Source: Sphyrna mokarran (taxonomy: Eukaryota). Taken from it: a stretch of 64,000 nucleotides of DNA. The DNA is taken from positions 90,024,001-90,088,000 of the forward strand of contig JAGIQG010000009.1 of the NCBI GenBank assembly GCA_024679065.1, read 5' to 3'. The translations under genes were made by a program, and so were the position numbers. The notes under the pieces were generated by a model that was not told the origin of the DNA, ran no database searches, and worked only from the letters and a program-made list of their open reading frames with translations. This document shows, piece after piece, positions 45,813-59,300 of this stretch (the stretch's first letter is position 1; each line of letters opens with the position of its first letter).

Positions 45813-48499
45813 ATGTGTTGCTGGGAGTGTGTGGGGGTATGGGGAGTGTAATTACTGGGAGGCTGTGTGGGAGTGTATGAGGAATCTGTGTTGCTAGGGA
45901 TGAGTTGATGAGCATGGTGAGTTGTGTTTTGCTGGGGGTATGTGGTGGAGGGTGTGGGGAATGTCTATTCCTGGGCGCCTGTGAGGAATGTGTGTTGCTT
46001 GGGAGTGTGTGCTGTTGGCGATCTGTTGAGCAGTGCAAATGGGGAGTGTGTGTTGCTGGGGGTCTGTGGGGAGTTAAGGGGAGTGTGTGTTGCTGCAGTG
46101 TTTTGAGGGGTATAGGGGGTACGTGTTGCTGGGAGTGGCGTGGAGGGATATGGAGACCGTCTGTTGCTGGGATCTCTGGGGAGGGGATGGGGAGTCTCTA
46201 TTGCTGGGTGTCTGTGAGGGAGGGTGTACGGGTTGAGTATGTGGTTGGGGTCTGTGCAGAGGGATATGGGTCATGTTGTTGCTGCGAGTGTGTGGGGGAG
46301 GGTGTGAAGAGTGCGTTACTGAGTTTCTGTTGGAAGAGTGTGGAGAGTGTGTGTTGCCATGGGTGTGTTGGGGAGGATATGGGAGTGTGTATTTTTTAGG
46401 ATCTGTTGGGGGATATGGGGAGTATGTGTTACTGAAATGTCTGTGCGGGGTGTATAGGAAGTGTTTGTTGCTGGGAGTGTGTGGGGGAGTATGAGGATTG
46501 TTTATTGCTGGAGGTCTATTGGCTGGGGATGGGCAGTATGGGGAGTGTGTGTTGCTGGGCTGGGTGCAGAGTTCTTGAATTTTTCCTCCTATCTCTCCCC
46601 CTTCCCAACCTGCCTCCATCTCTTCAGATTGACAAAATATCTTTTGTGATGCAGCTGATCAATCTGTTGGTTGCTGCTGGATCTGAGGAGGATCAGCTGG
46701 AAAATGAATTGTGGACCCAGGAGGCACAGGCCTCACCACTCACAGGAAGAGAGGGAGATGACCACTGGAGGCAGAATGTGGCCACCATTCGCCCTTGGGT
46801 GGGAAGGAGGGTGGAGAGCCCCCTTGGAGAGCCTTAAATGTTTACACCACAGGGTCTTTCCAGACCCCAGGAGGAGACCTTTGTGGAATTTCCCGATCAT
46901 CCATCCACAAGTGTGTTAAGGAGGTCATGGATGTCCTGTAACCCAGTGTATTAAACTTGACGCGGACCAGGCCCAGCAGGAAGCACAGGCAGTAGGATTC
47001 GCAGCCATCACGGGGATGCCTAATGAACAGGGGGCTATAAACTGCACCCACGTCGCTCACTGAAAAATCCTGCAAGATTCATGAACAGAAAGAGCTTCCA
47101 TTCCATCGATGTGCAGTTAGTGTGTGACCATCAGCTGAATGTAACGCACGTCTTCACCAGGCACCCGGCAGCGTGCATGGTGGTTTTATATTGAGGAGCT
47201 CCAATGTCCTGGATGTCTTTGAGGGGGAGGCGAGAGTGCAGCTCATGGGGAATATTGGGTTACTTGTTTCAGATTTGGCTGATAACGCCTGCGCAAAGGC
47301 CTGAGTCTGAGACAGAGACCCGTTATAATGAGGCCCACATTGTCACCAGTTCAATAGTAGAGTGGTGCATCGGGCTCCTCAGGATGCAGTTCAGGTTCCT
47401 GGACTGCTCTGGCAGGGCACTCTGATATAGCCCCCATAATATCTTCCCACATTGTGATGGTGTGCTGTGCCTTTCACAACCTGGCACAGAGAGGAGGAGG
47501 AGGTGTAGGCCATCCAGTCAGGCATAGCTAGGGATGAGACCACCCAGCAGGAGGAGGATGACGATAACCAACTCCAGCGGGCGCTGGAGGGCTGGCAGCA
47601 GCAAAGATCAGGAATTCGAGGGCAGCAGGGAGGTCACTGTACGCTCGCTCATGAGAGGCCTGTGTTACTGCACATGGGTTCCATTCACCCCCTCACTGCC
47701 CTCCTTGGAGTCCTTCAATCTCCTGTAACATCATTACATCAGAGTGGTGGGCCTGGGTACGTCGTCTTAGTGAGTTTTTTGACAGGCAGGTATGGACTAT
47801 GAATCATAATGATGATGCACTAGTGCAAACTAGTCTGACTCCCACTGGAGCTCCATATTCACCATGCAGGCTAGCAGCTGGGTGGGACAAGAATCTCTCC
47901 CGGTTTCTGGGAATGCCATGGCAGTTGTAAGTTGTCAGCCTGTGAATATTTTGAGCGCATTGATTTTCACAGCAGCAGTGCTTTGAGGGCCCTCCCCCAC
48001 TGACAACCATGTGCAGGGAAACTCGGGGTAAATACATTCCTGCTGGAGGTGAATCTCTGAGACAAATGGTGTGGAATGCAATAACATTTATTGGTGCCAA
48101 TTAAATGGGGGGGTGGGGTGGGGGAGGTGCAGTTTCCACCACTCTGAGCAAGAGTGGGAGGTGAAGACTTGTATTTGGATTCACAGTTGGGCCGTACCTG
48201 GGCTGAAGGAGACCAGAGTCTTCTCACCTACTGACAGAGAAATTCCATGTCAGCCTCTCCTTCCCACCACCTGACCCCGGGGCACTTACACCTTGGTATC
48301 CCTTTCCTTACCATTGTATTCTTCCCTCTCTTCTCCTGGCCACTCCTTTCTCCCAGCTATCTCCATATCTAAGGGAGGAAGGGGAGATTAGCTTTCCAAC
48401 TCAACACTCCCTCCCCGAACCATTGATTACATAATGCCAAACAACCACCTGGAGTGCCTGTAACACTATCCTAATGGCGGGGTCTTCCAAAGCTACTTA

Positions 48500-49400
48500 C
48501 GTGGGAGTGGCATCTTCCCGATGTCATCACCAGACTTAGTACCCCAGAAACACTGCCCACTGACTTAGGGGGATAAGAACACTTCCAGGCCCATCACAAT
48601 AACAAAATCCAGGCCTATTGATGCCTCAGCATCGTGTGCCGGGCCTGGTGTTGCTTCTGCATGGGTCTCTGGGACCGGCTGCGCTGAGGCATGTGTCCCT
48701 GAGCTGGTGATCTCCCTTAAAGGGGTTATGAAAGTCAGGCTGAAGGATAGGTACAGCAAGGTCATGAGGTGGGATGTGGGCAAGACTCATTGGTACCTTC
48801 TGTCAGGAGTACACAAGGGGATTGGCAAAAAGGTGGAAATTCAGGCTTGAGGAGTTGGAGAAGGAGGTTTACAACCTGGAGGCACGCCTCTGTCAGCTCG
48901 ATGAGGGCCTGGCCCTGGGGCTGGTGTGCAGGGAAAAGAAGGGCGCGCTGCGGAACCTCCGACTTATTGGATCTCGCAGCACGTAGGTGGGACCCCAGAT
49001 CTGGATCCGTATGGAGCTGGTGCTCTTTCTTAAAGGATTTACTAAAGCCAGGCCCAAGGATGGGTGCAGCAAGGAAGGAGGGTAATGGAAGGGGAGCACT
49101 CGAGGGGGAAGTATCCCCCCTCACCCCGGCTCCCTTGAAAGGAATGGTGTCATGCCTTGGAGGGAAGGACTCCACCATTTGTGGAATTATCAACATCTCC
49201 ACCTCCCTGATGGAGAGGTAGTGGTCACCTTCCCCCCGCCACAACCCCCCACCCCCACCCCCAACATCATGCTCTGCCATGCTCTGACCTGTTTTTGTGC
49301 CTTGTTCCCAGAGTGGGGGCAAGAAGAAAATTAAACACGCAGTCCTCCAAGTGGGATGTCCTGGAGGTGGGAGTGAGTGGGACCTGCAAGATCTCAATCC
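48500..49400. mobile_element. L1/Tx1-type LINE fragments in both orientations
   Basis: 48774-48986 FCQEYTRG...LEELEKEVYNLEARL resembles the Tx1 ORF2 linker; adjacent minus-strand piece resembles a Tx1 3' region. Confidence 0.45.
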
Positions 49401-52019
49401 GCCCCAGAGATGTTCAGGTTTATAATGAGCACGGCTACAGCCTTCACCCAGTCCATCTTAGTGCTGCTACAAATTCTTAACTTTATGTGGCCTATCTCTA
49501 CATCTCAGTAACTCGCCAGAATGTACATCGGCCGTGGAGGGGGCCAGCTGACTACCGCGCATCATGGCCTGTGATACCCTTGGCAATTGTCCTCTGAAGG
49601 CCCTGGACTTTGAAGTTCCTGCCCAGCTTCCAGGTATCAGGGATGTATCCACGACACCATCTTCATCCCACTGCCGCTGAGATTCCCTGGTGTCAGGAAG
49701 AGGGGAGTCAGGAGGTGTAGCCACAGCCACACGTAGGCTCGAGCTCTTCCCCCTGCCTTGGGGCTCCTGTGAGCCCCTGGACCAATCCATGTTATGGCAG
49801 TGCATCTGCCGTGAGTTCCAGAAGTTCCAGTCTCACCTGGCTCTGCCAGTCCTGGAGGAAAACCTGCGTTCTTGCCATAATAGGCCAGCTCTCGGTGATG
49901 GTGCTGTGAGTTGGGGTCACCTGTTAGAGGCAGCAGCAATCCTTCTGAGACTGGGCCATGCTCTGCAGCTGCTCAGCCATGATCCTCTGTGACTGGGCCA
50001 CGTTTTCATGGGCTGCTGCCGTAGCCACTATGTCTCAGTGCTTTCCCGCTTGGTCTCCTGCAAGCTCTCGAGCCTCTCTCAGCCACGGGCCACAAAATCT
50101 CAAGAAGCCTGTTGAGTCCTCAGCTGTGGCCTGCTGTGACATGGTCTTTGCTTGGAACCTACCACTCATGGTGAGGATTTCCTGCCCCAGGCTTTCCACT
50201 GCAGTGTTGTCCTGGGAACAATGGAAGACAGGCAATAGCTGGTCCACCTGAAAGCTTTGGGATTCCTCCCAACAACTTGGCAGTCAGTCTAATATGGCCA
50301 TCAATATGGCGGGGAAGAGAGAGAGACCTCAAAGTCCACCTCGCCTCCACTGTCTCTAGCAACCTGCTCAGATCAGATTCTGAAAATCTCAGAGCTATCT
50401 TCCTGGAGGCCACATCTTCCTGCACCGTCTGCCTCTCTGTCCATCCTTGGGATTTTTATGGAGCTGCTCCTCTTTAGGGAAAATCAGCTGCAAACAGTTT
50501 GGCAGAGCATTCCAGCAAGTTACATGCAGGTTGCCTTGTTACCATGGAGGGGGTGAGCTGATGGAGGGTTGGGGAAAGTTTGTGTCTCTGTGATGATTGT
50601 GATCAGGGGAGAGAGAGGGACATGTCACTCAGCAATTGGGGCTAGGGTTATGATGGGGCTGTGTCCGGGGTGGGCAGGGAGTAAGATCTCAGTAATGTCG
50701 GTGGGATATTCCCGATGGCTGTAAGTGCAGGGGGATCTGTCAGGAGAGCTGCTATTTATTAGCTTTTTTTGCACATGCGCAGTTTGTGACTCTGATCTGA
50801 GCAGCAGGGTGTCTGGCGAATTAAGCCCCACCCACTGCCTCTCGTGGTTAGAAATGGTCTAGACCACTGAGCGCATAAGATTGGAAGTAAAAGCTCTCCC
50901 AAAAATAGATCAGGAACTCTCCTGTTTTCACGCTAGCCGGACACTTAGAAGAAATCTTGTAAAATTCCATCCAATTTCTTCACATTCCTCTTCATCCAGT
51001 CCTTTGCTGCGATGTACTTCCTCTGGTTAAAATCAAAATACACAATCAGCTCTTGGTCATAGATGTACTAGTGAATATAGGTGCAAGCCCCGGAGCCGTG
51101 AAACCTACACCCAGTAATGTAGTTACAGGTATGAGCTCTTAGGAAAGAAAAATAAAGTTATTAGAGGGGATTTTACGGCCTTCCTCGACCTGAGACTGGA
51201 AAATCCTGCCCGAGGTCACACGACCTTCCCACTGTCTGCCTCTCACCCGCTGCGGTTCCCATGGCAATCAGGGCAGTTGTTTTACACAGACTCTTTCATG
51301 CACTGCCTTGGTCCTACCCTCTTGAATAATCTCCCTCGGGCTGGGAGCCATGATGTGGAGATACTGGTGTTGGACTGGAGTGGACAAGATGGGAGGTCAC
51401 ACAGCACCAGGCTACAGTCCGACAGGTTTGTTTGAAATCACTGCTCCTTTGTCACTTCACCTGATGAGGAGGGAGATCCAGAGGCAGTGGGAAACCAGCC
51501 ACTGGGAGCAGAGACATTTTCTCACAGCAAAATAACCGTGAACACGGACTAAAGGGAAAGAGAGTGATGGTTCTGTAAATAGGAAACAGTATGTAATCAG
51601 GGTAGAGCAGAGAAGTTAGCCAATCAGGGTGGAACGAAAAGACCTGGGTCTTTCAGCTCTGATCCAGACTCAAAACATTGGCTCTATCCTCTCTCCACGG
51701 GTGCTGTCAGACTTGTTGAGATTTTCCAGCATTTTCTGTTTTTGTTTCAGATTCCAACATCCGCAGTATTTTGTTTTTACCTCAGTCTTTCAATTATGGA
51801 ACAATCAAGAACTGGCCTGCACAGCGAGGGCCAGTCAGAGCTGTGACAGCACTGCCATCATCTGTTACCAGGCTGAAGTGGGCCAGCTGCTCCCTCTCTC
51901 TCTCTTCTGCCAATGCCCTGGACACCTCTACACACGCACACGGATTTGCGCTTATTGAAGAAAACCAATGACGTTGCTCTGCAGTGGAAGGCCTCGATTT
52001 ATCTATGATTGACAGTGTG

Positions 52020-53050
52020 CACTGGGTGGTCAGGACTAGGATGACACTAGATTTCCAGTGCTGGGAATGCAGGAATTTTCTCAGAGGGAAGACAAACACA
52101 TAGCAATACTCAGTATAATCAATAAACCTCCATTGTCATTCGTTCCTTGTCACCAGCACCCAGTACTGCTTCACAGTGTCAGGAGTTGGCTGAATCACAC
52201 AGGCCTTGGCCAAACTGACCTGCTCAGTTTTGATGAAAATGTTGTAGATGACTGGACAAAATTCAAAAAACAGTAATATATCGACTGCAGTGCGTGTCTA
52301 ACAGACAAATCAAAGAGGATAGAGGCATACACTCTTAAATTTAGTGGGTCCCAAGGCTGTTGAGAAATTTGAATCCTTTTTCAAATTGAGGAAGAGAAAA
52401 AGGATCTTGAGATATTGCAAAGAAGATTTGAGCACAGATGCATGCCAGTAAGGAACATTATCTTAGACAGCGAAATGATTAATTCTACCAGGAAAACTTT
52501 GATGGAGAAAAGAAACAAGCATTTCTTTACTAGCAAAGAAATTTGCATTTAGTATCCTCACTGACAAACTTAAGAGGGATTGCATTGTGTGTGGGGTTCA
52601 TAATGATGTCACCTTCAAGCAGCTTCTTTGTAAGAAAGATTTAATGTTTGAATCTGCCATTAGCATCTGTATATAGAATGAGCAGTCAGACAGAAGCTGT
52701 TAAGGGAGGAAGAGTTAAGGTAGGAAACAGAAGTCCTTGTGGTACAAAGCATGTCTTGTTCCAGTTCCACTCACAGAACAAAGCTCCATGTCTGTGCTCC
52801 ACCCTTGGAGAAGTGATTGACTGTGATGTGCTGGTGGCACAGGCAGGTTGCTGTGGCTTGAATCTGCAACATTTGCAAAATATGTCACTTTTCTTACAGC
52901 ATTTACCAAACAAATATATAGTTCAGTTTTGTGAATGATGGCTGCCGCAGTCGGAACGTGCCCTGTACTGCGAAGGCTTCTGACAAATCCCATTAGATGA
53001 AGAACCCTCAAACCTGATGGGAACCTGAATTGTTGTGCCAGTATACAGGA
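52020..53050 (+). mobile_element. Gypsy gag remnant
   Basis: LSFDENVVDDWTKFKKQ, decayed gag and zinc-knuckle-like stretches. Confidence 0.5.
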
Positions 53051-55960
53051 GGATGTGAATAGGGAGGTCATGGTTTCTAGGTCGCAGCAGTATAGTGGCA
53101 AATGGGAGGGTGGTTTGAAATGTGTATACTTTAATGCGAGGAGCATACGCAATAAGGTGGATGAACTTGCAGCCTGGATTGATGCTTGGGACTTCGATGT
53201 TGTGGCCATTTCAGAGCCGTGGATAGAGCAGGGGCAGGAATGGTTGTTGCAGGTTCCGGGGTTCAGATGTTTCAGTCAGAGCAGAGGTGGTGGTAGAAGA
53301 GGGGGAGGAGTGGCACTGTTAGTTAAGGACAGCATTATGGTGGCAGATAAGACGTTTGATGTGGACTTGTCTGCTGAGGTAGTGTGGGCTGAGATTAGAA
53401 ACAAGAAAGGAGAGGTCACACTGTTGGGAGTTTTTTATAGGCCTCCAAGAAGTTCCAGAGAAGTAGAGGAAGGGATTGCAAAGTTGATCCTGGATAGGTG
53501 TGAAAGTAACAGGGTAGTTGTAATGGGGGACTTTAACTTTTCTAATATCGATTGGAAAAGCTATAGTTCAAGTACGTTAGAGGGGTCAGTTTTAGTTCAA
53601 TGTGTGCAGGAAGGTTTCATGACTCAGTATGTAGATAGGCCAACAAGAGGCGAGGCTATATTGGATTTGGTACTGGGTAATGAACCAGACCAGGTGTTAC
53701 ACTTGGAGGTGGGTGTGCACTTTGGTGATAGTGACCACAATTTGGTTACGTTTACCTTAGTGATGGAAAGGGATGGGCACATACCGAATAACAGTACTTA
53801 TAGCTGGGGGAAAGGTAATTATGAGGCTATTAGGAGAGATTTGGGATGCATAGGGTGGAGCAGGAAATTGCAGGGGCTGGGGACATCTGAAATGTGGAGC
53901 ATATTTAAGGAACAGCTTCTGCATGTCCTTAATGAATATGTACCTGCCAGGCAGGGAGGAAGTGGTCGAGTGAGGGAACCATGGGGTACTAGGGAAGTTG
54001 AATCTCTGGTGAAGAGGAAGAAGGAGGCTTATATAATGATGAGACGTGAAGGCTCAGTTAGGGCACTGGAGAGGTATAAATCAGCCAGGAAGGAGCTAAA
54101 GAGGGAGTTGAGAAGAGCTAGAAGAGGACACAAGAAGACTTTGGCGGATAGGATTAAGGAGAATCCTAAAGCTTTTTACAGTTATATAAATAATAAAAGA
54201 TTGTTAGGGCAAGATTAGGGCCAGTCAGAGATAGCAGTGGGAAGTTGTGTGTGGAGCCTGACGAGATAGGAGAGACACTGAATGAGTATTTTTCGTCAGT
54301 ATTCACGCAGGAGAAAGACAGTGTTGTCGGGGAGAATACTGCGATACCAGGTTGTAGACAGGGTAGGATTGAGGTTCATAAGGAGGAGGTGTTAGCCAAT
54401 CTTGAGGGTATGAAAATTGATAAGTCCCCTGGGCCAGATGGGATTTACCCCAGGATTCTCTGGGAGGCTAGAGAGGAGATTGCAGAGCTTTTGGCTTTGA
54501 TCTTCATGTCGTCGTTAGCTACAGGTATAGTGCCGGAAGACTGGAGGATGGCAAATGTTGTCCCTTTGTTCAAAAAGGGGAGTAGGGACCATCCTGGAAA
54601 TTATAGACCGGTGAGCCTGACTTCTGTGTGGGCAAGGTCTTGGAAAGAATTATAAGGGATAGGATTTATAAGCATCTAGAGAGAAATAAATTGATTAGGG
54701 ATAGTCAGCACGGTTTGTGAAGGGTAGGTTGTGCCTCACAAACCTTATTGAGTTTTTTGAGGAGGTGACCAAAGAGGTAGATAAGGGTAAGGCAGTTGAT
54801 GTAGTGTATATGGATTTTAGCAAAGCGTTTGATAAGGTTCCCATGGTAGGCTACTGCAGAAAGTGCAGATGCATGGGATTGAAGGTGATTTAGCAGTTTG
54901 GATTAGGAATTGGCTAGCTGATAGAAGACAGAGGGTGGTGGTTGATGGGAAATATTAAACCTGGAGTGCAGTTACAAGTGGTGTACCTCAAGGATCTGTT
55001 TTAGGGCCACTGCTGTTGGTCATTTTTATAAATGACCTAGATGAGGGTGTAGAGGGTTGGATTAGTAAATTTGCTGATGATACCAAAGTGGGGGGAGTTG
55101 TAGACAGCGAGGATGAATGTTACAGTTTGCAGAGGGACATAGATAGGTAGCAGAGCTGGGCCGTGAGGTGGCAAATGGAATTCAGTACGGATAAGTGTGA
55201 GGTGATTCACTTTGGTAGGAATAACAGGCATATGAAATATAGGGTTAATGGAAGGACCCTTAATAGTGTTGTTGAGCAGAGGGATCTTGGGGTACAAGTA
55301 CATAGCTCTTTGAAAGTTGGCACCCAGGTTGATAAAGTTGTTAAGAAGGCATACGGTGTGTTAGCTTGTATTGGTAGAGGGATTGAATTTAGGAGCCGTG
55401 AGGTTATGTTACAACTGTACAAAACTCTGGTGCGGCCGCACTTGGAGTATTGTGTACAGTTCTGGTCACCGCATTATAAGAAAGATGTGGAAGCATTGGA
55501 AAAGGTGCAGAGAAGGTTTACCAGGATGTTGCCTGGTATGGTGGGAAGGCCTTATGAGGAAAGGCTGAGGGACCTGAGGTTATTTTCAGTAGAGAGAAGA
55601 AGGTTACGCGGTGACCTAATTGAGGCGTATAAGATGATCAAAGGACTGGATAGGGTGGATAGTGAGAGCCTTTTTCCTCGGATGGTGATGACCAACACGA
55701 GTGGACATAACTTTAAATTAAGAGGTGGTAGTTATAGGACGGATGTCAGAGGCAGGTTCTTTACACAGGGGGTGGTGAGAGCATGGAATGCCCTGCCTGC
55801 AGCAGTTGTGGACTCGTCCACTTTGGGGGCATTCAAATGTTCGGTGGATAGGCATATGGATGATATTGGAATAGTTTAGGTTAGAGGGTCCACTGGCCGG
55901 CGCAACATCGAGGGCCGAAGGGCCTGTACTGCGCTGTAATGTTCTATGTTCTATGTTCTA
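53051..55960 (+). mobile_element. CR1/HER1 LINE with near-complete ORF2 (APE endonuclease + RT), disrupted
   Basis: LKCVYFNARSIRNK, VMGDFN, SDH, DKSPGPDG, NYRPVSLTS, WQMEF, LYKTLVRPHLEYC; several frameshifts and stops; tail ends at 55960. Confidence 0.96.
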
Positions 55961-57304
55961 AAACTCATTACATTCATGTCTCCAGCAGGCACATATTGTC
56001 TCCTCCGCATTCCATATGGGATCTCCACTGGCAGTGAGGGTTTTCCAATGGTGCATGGAGCAACTCTTTACAGGACCCTGTAAAATCATAAGCCAGGTGT
56101 ACTATGCAAGAACATAGTGCATATCTTTGTCCTGTTCTTGACAGACTCAGGGCCATACAATTCATGCCTAACCCTGCCAAAGGCAAGTCCTCTACATGGG
56201 TCACTTGCTCACGGCTGATGGTATGAAGCCAGATCCATACAATACATATCCATTTCCAAGGACCAGCACGTCCTGCAGTTCTTCCCTGGCATGACAAATT
56301 ATCTTACCAAGTTCATTCCCTATTACAGTGAGATTATTAGACCCCTTTGTCAACTCCTCCACCAAGATGCTGAATGGTGTTGATAGGAACTCCATCCATT
56401 GAGTTTAACAAACTCAAGCTTGCACTCTCAACAAGCTCCACTCCACACTTTCCACCCCAACGTTCCTCTCTGGTAAGATCAAAAATGACCTTCTTTGGTA
56501 GACGAGAACATTATGATGTGAACGGGGAAGATTGGGCCTAATACATAGAGCGCCATCATTACTACTTCCGGGCAAGTAATATTAAGGGAAGATGATTCTC
56601 ACAGCATGTCTGGCCCCAGCTTTCAGCATAATAAAAAGCCTGACTTACCCAAATACCCCGATTCAAAGACCTTTAATGAACTTGTAAATTTGGTTATAAA
56701 CTGCTATGAATCAAAGTGCTTTGTCATACTCCAGGGATATCACTTTAACACAATGGAGGGAACTGTCAGAGAGCCCATTACAGAATCTTTGGCCAGATTG
56801 CAGAAACTGGAAGAATATTGTGAATTTGAGTCACCTCTGAATGAAATATTAAAAAACAGATTGATGTATGGAATGAATAACCCAAAAATCCAGAATAAAC
56901 TCAGCAGAGCTTGATCTGGACTTAAAGAGCATAAAAAAGGGGTTCAAGAGCTACAAGGGATGTCTGAAAGTGACGTTCTCTGATAGAAAGGGGAACCATG
57001 AGTGGTAGTAACTGTTCCTCAGAGTGCCCCTGTGTGAGTAAGATATTACAGTTCCCATGACAATACAGAGGCCCAGCTCACATCACTCGACAGTGGAGAA
57101 AACAATGATATCTCTTCATGTGGAAGACATCACACTATGGAAGGTTACAAATGCTGGGCTGTTACAGGCGAATCAGCAAAGGCATAATTGCAGGAGTAGA
57201 CAAAACGTACATTGCTCTGAAAAGAGGCTAAGCCAGTACCAGCTCATAACAGTGAGGTACATCCACTGCCAGAGCAAGAAGCAATGCAACTAAACTATAT
57301 CATT

Positions 57305-59300
57305 ACAACCATAGAACCATAGAAAATTACAGCTCAGAAACAGGCCTTTTGGCCCTTCTTGTCTCTGCCAAACCATTTTTTGCCTAGTCCCACTGACCTG
57401 CACTTTGTCCATAACCGTTCACACTCCTCTCCATTCATGAACCCGTCCAAGTTTTTCTTAAATGTTAAAAGTGACCCTGCATTTACCACTTTATCCGGCA
57501 ACTCATTCAACACTCCCACCATTCACTGTGTGAAGAAGCACCCCACCCCCCACAATATTCCCTTTAAATTTTTCTCCTTTCACTCTTAACCCATGCCCTC
57601 TGGTTTTTTCTCCCCTAGCCTCAGTGGAAAAAGCCTGCTTGCATTCACTCTATACCCATCAAAATCTTATACACCTTTATCAAATCTCCCCTTATTCTCT
57701 ACGCTCCAGGGAATAAAGTCCTAATCTATACAATCTCTCTCTGTAACTCAGCTTGTCAAGTCCTGGCATTTTCCTTATGAATCTTCTCTGCAGTCTTTCA
57801 ACCTTATTTACATCTTTCCTGTAACTAGGTGACCAAAACTGTACACAATACTCTAAATTCAGCCTCACCAATGCCTTGTATAATCTTACCAGAACACTCC
57901 AACTTTTATACTTGATACTCCGATTTATAAAGGTCAATGTACCAAAAGCACTCTTTACGACCTTATCCAGCTGTGATGTCACTTTTAGGGAATTCTATAC
58001 CTGTATTCCCAGATCCCTCTGTTCTACTACATTCTTCAGAGTCCTACCATTTATCCTGTACATTTTACTTTGGTTTGTCCTTCCAAAGTGCAATACCTCA
58101 CACTTGTCTGCATTAAATTCCATTTGCCATTTTTCAGCCCATTTTTCTAGTTGGTCTAAATCCCTCTGCAACCTTTGAAAACCTTCCTCACTGTCCATTA
58201 CTCCTCCAATCTTTGTATCATCAGCAAATTTGCTGATCCAGTTTATCACATTATCATCCAGATCATTAATATAGATGACAAACAACAATGGAACCAACAC
58301 CAATCTCTGCAGCACACCACTAGTCACAGGCCTCCACTCAGAGAAGCAATCCTCCACAATCACTCTCTGGCTTCTTCCATTGAGCCAGTGTCTAATCTAA
58401 TTTACTACTTCCCCATCTATATCTAGCGACTGAACCTTTCTAACTAACCTCCCACAAGGGACCTTGTCAAAGGCCTTGCTGAAATCCAGGTACTCAACAT
58501 CCACTGCCTTCCCTTCATCCACCTTCCTTATAGGCAGTCAAGTGGATAAAGTTGTTAAGAAGGCTTATGGAGTCTTAGCTTTTATTGGTAGGGGGATTGA
58601 ATTTAGGAGCCGCAGCATCATGTTGCAGCTGTACAAAACTCTAGTGCGGCCGCACTCGGAGTATTGTGTGCAGTTCTGGTCGCCACATTATAAGAAAGAT
58701 GTGGAGGCATTGGAGAGGGTACAGAGGAGGTTTAGTAGGATGTTGCCTGGTATGGAGGGCAGGTCCTATGAAGAGAGGTTGAAGGATTTGAGGTTGTTTT
58801 CGTTAGAAAGGAGGCGGCTAAGGGGGGATCTTATTGAAACAGATAAGATAATTAGAGGTTTGGATAGGGTGGACAGTGATAGCCTTTTTCCTAGGATGGA
58901 AAAAGCTAGCACGAGGGGACACAGCTTTAAATTAAGGGGTATGAGTTATAGGACGGATATCAGAGGTAGGTTCTTTACTCAAAGAGTGATAGGGAGTGGA
59001 ATGCCCTGCCTGCAGCTGTTGTAGATGCGCCAAGTTTGGTGGCGTTTAAGAGGTTAGTTGATAAGTATATGGATGAGAAGGGAATGGTTTAGTTAGGAGG
59101 GGCATTGATTTTTATTTTGGTCGGCACAACATCGAAGGCCGAAGGGCCTGTTCTGTGCTGTATTGTTCTATGTTCTATATTCTATGTTCTATAACCTCCT
59201 CGAAAAACTCTAATAGATTGGTCAAACATGACCTACCACGCACAAAGCCATGTTGACTCTCCCTAATAAATCTCTGTCTTTCCAAATACTTGTAAATCCT
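57305..59300 (-). mobile_element. CR1 LINE split by a HER1 insertion
   Basis: RT ORFs 57692-57982 and 57995-58363; reading continues at 59191-59300 (QHGFVRGRSCLTNLLEFFEEV). Confidence 0.9.
58530..59190 (+). mobile_element. CR1/HER1 LINE 3' fragment nested in the preceding CR1
   Basis: GSQVDKVVKKAYGVLAFIG...; tail (gttctat)n to 59190. Confidence 0.93.

Larger units (their letters stand above)
38640..46562 (+). repeat. G-rich minisatellite, degenerate ~35-40-bp unit (ggggagtgtgtgttgctgggggtctgtgg...tat)
   Basis: Blocks at 38640-38950, 39794-39970, 40717-41741, 43930-44495 and 45813-46562, separated by retroelement insertions. Confidence 0.9.
37992..50972 (+). mobile_element. Large decayed PIF/Harbinger DNA transposon (transposase on +, Myb/SANT-like ORF on -), expanded by nested insertions
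   Basis: HARBI1-like transposase remnants 46850-47490 (GAINCTHVA, FMNRKSFHSIDVQLVCD, RYNEAH...VEWCIGLLRMQFRFLD); convergent Myb-like ORF 50159-50425 (LRFSESDLSRLLETVEAR); degenerate TIR-like ends gagcagaattttat / gtaaaattccatcc. Outer limits are inferred. Confidence 0.65.

Noticed and set aside
38650-46650. Many Gly/Val/Cys-rich and Pro/His/Thr-rich ORFs
   Set aside because: They are translations of the G-rich minisatellite on either strand, with no domain structure.
46850-47490. Domesticated HARBI1 host gene
   Set aside because: Multiple stops and frameshifts, embedded in transposon context with a convergent Myb-like remnant.
53055-55879. Active full-length CR1
   Set aside because: ORF2 has several frameshifts and stops, and ORF1/5'UTR are absent.
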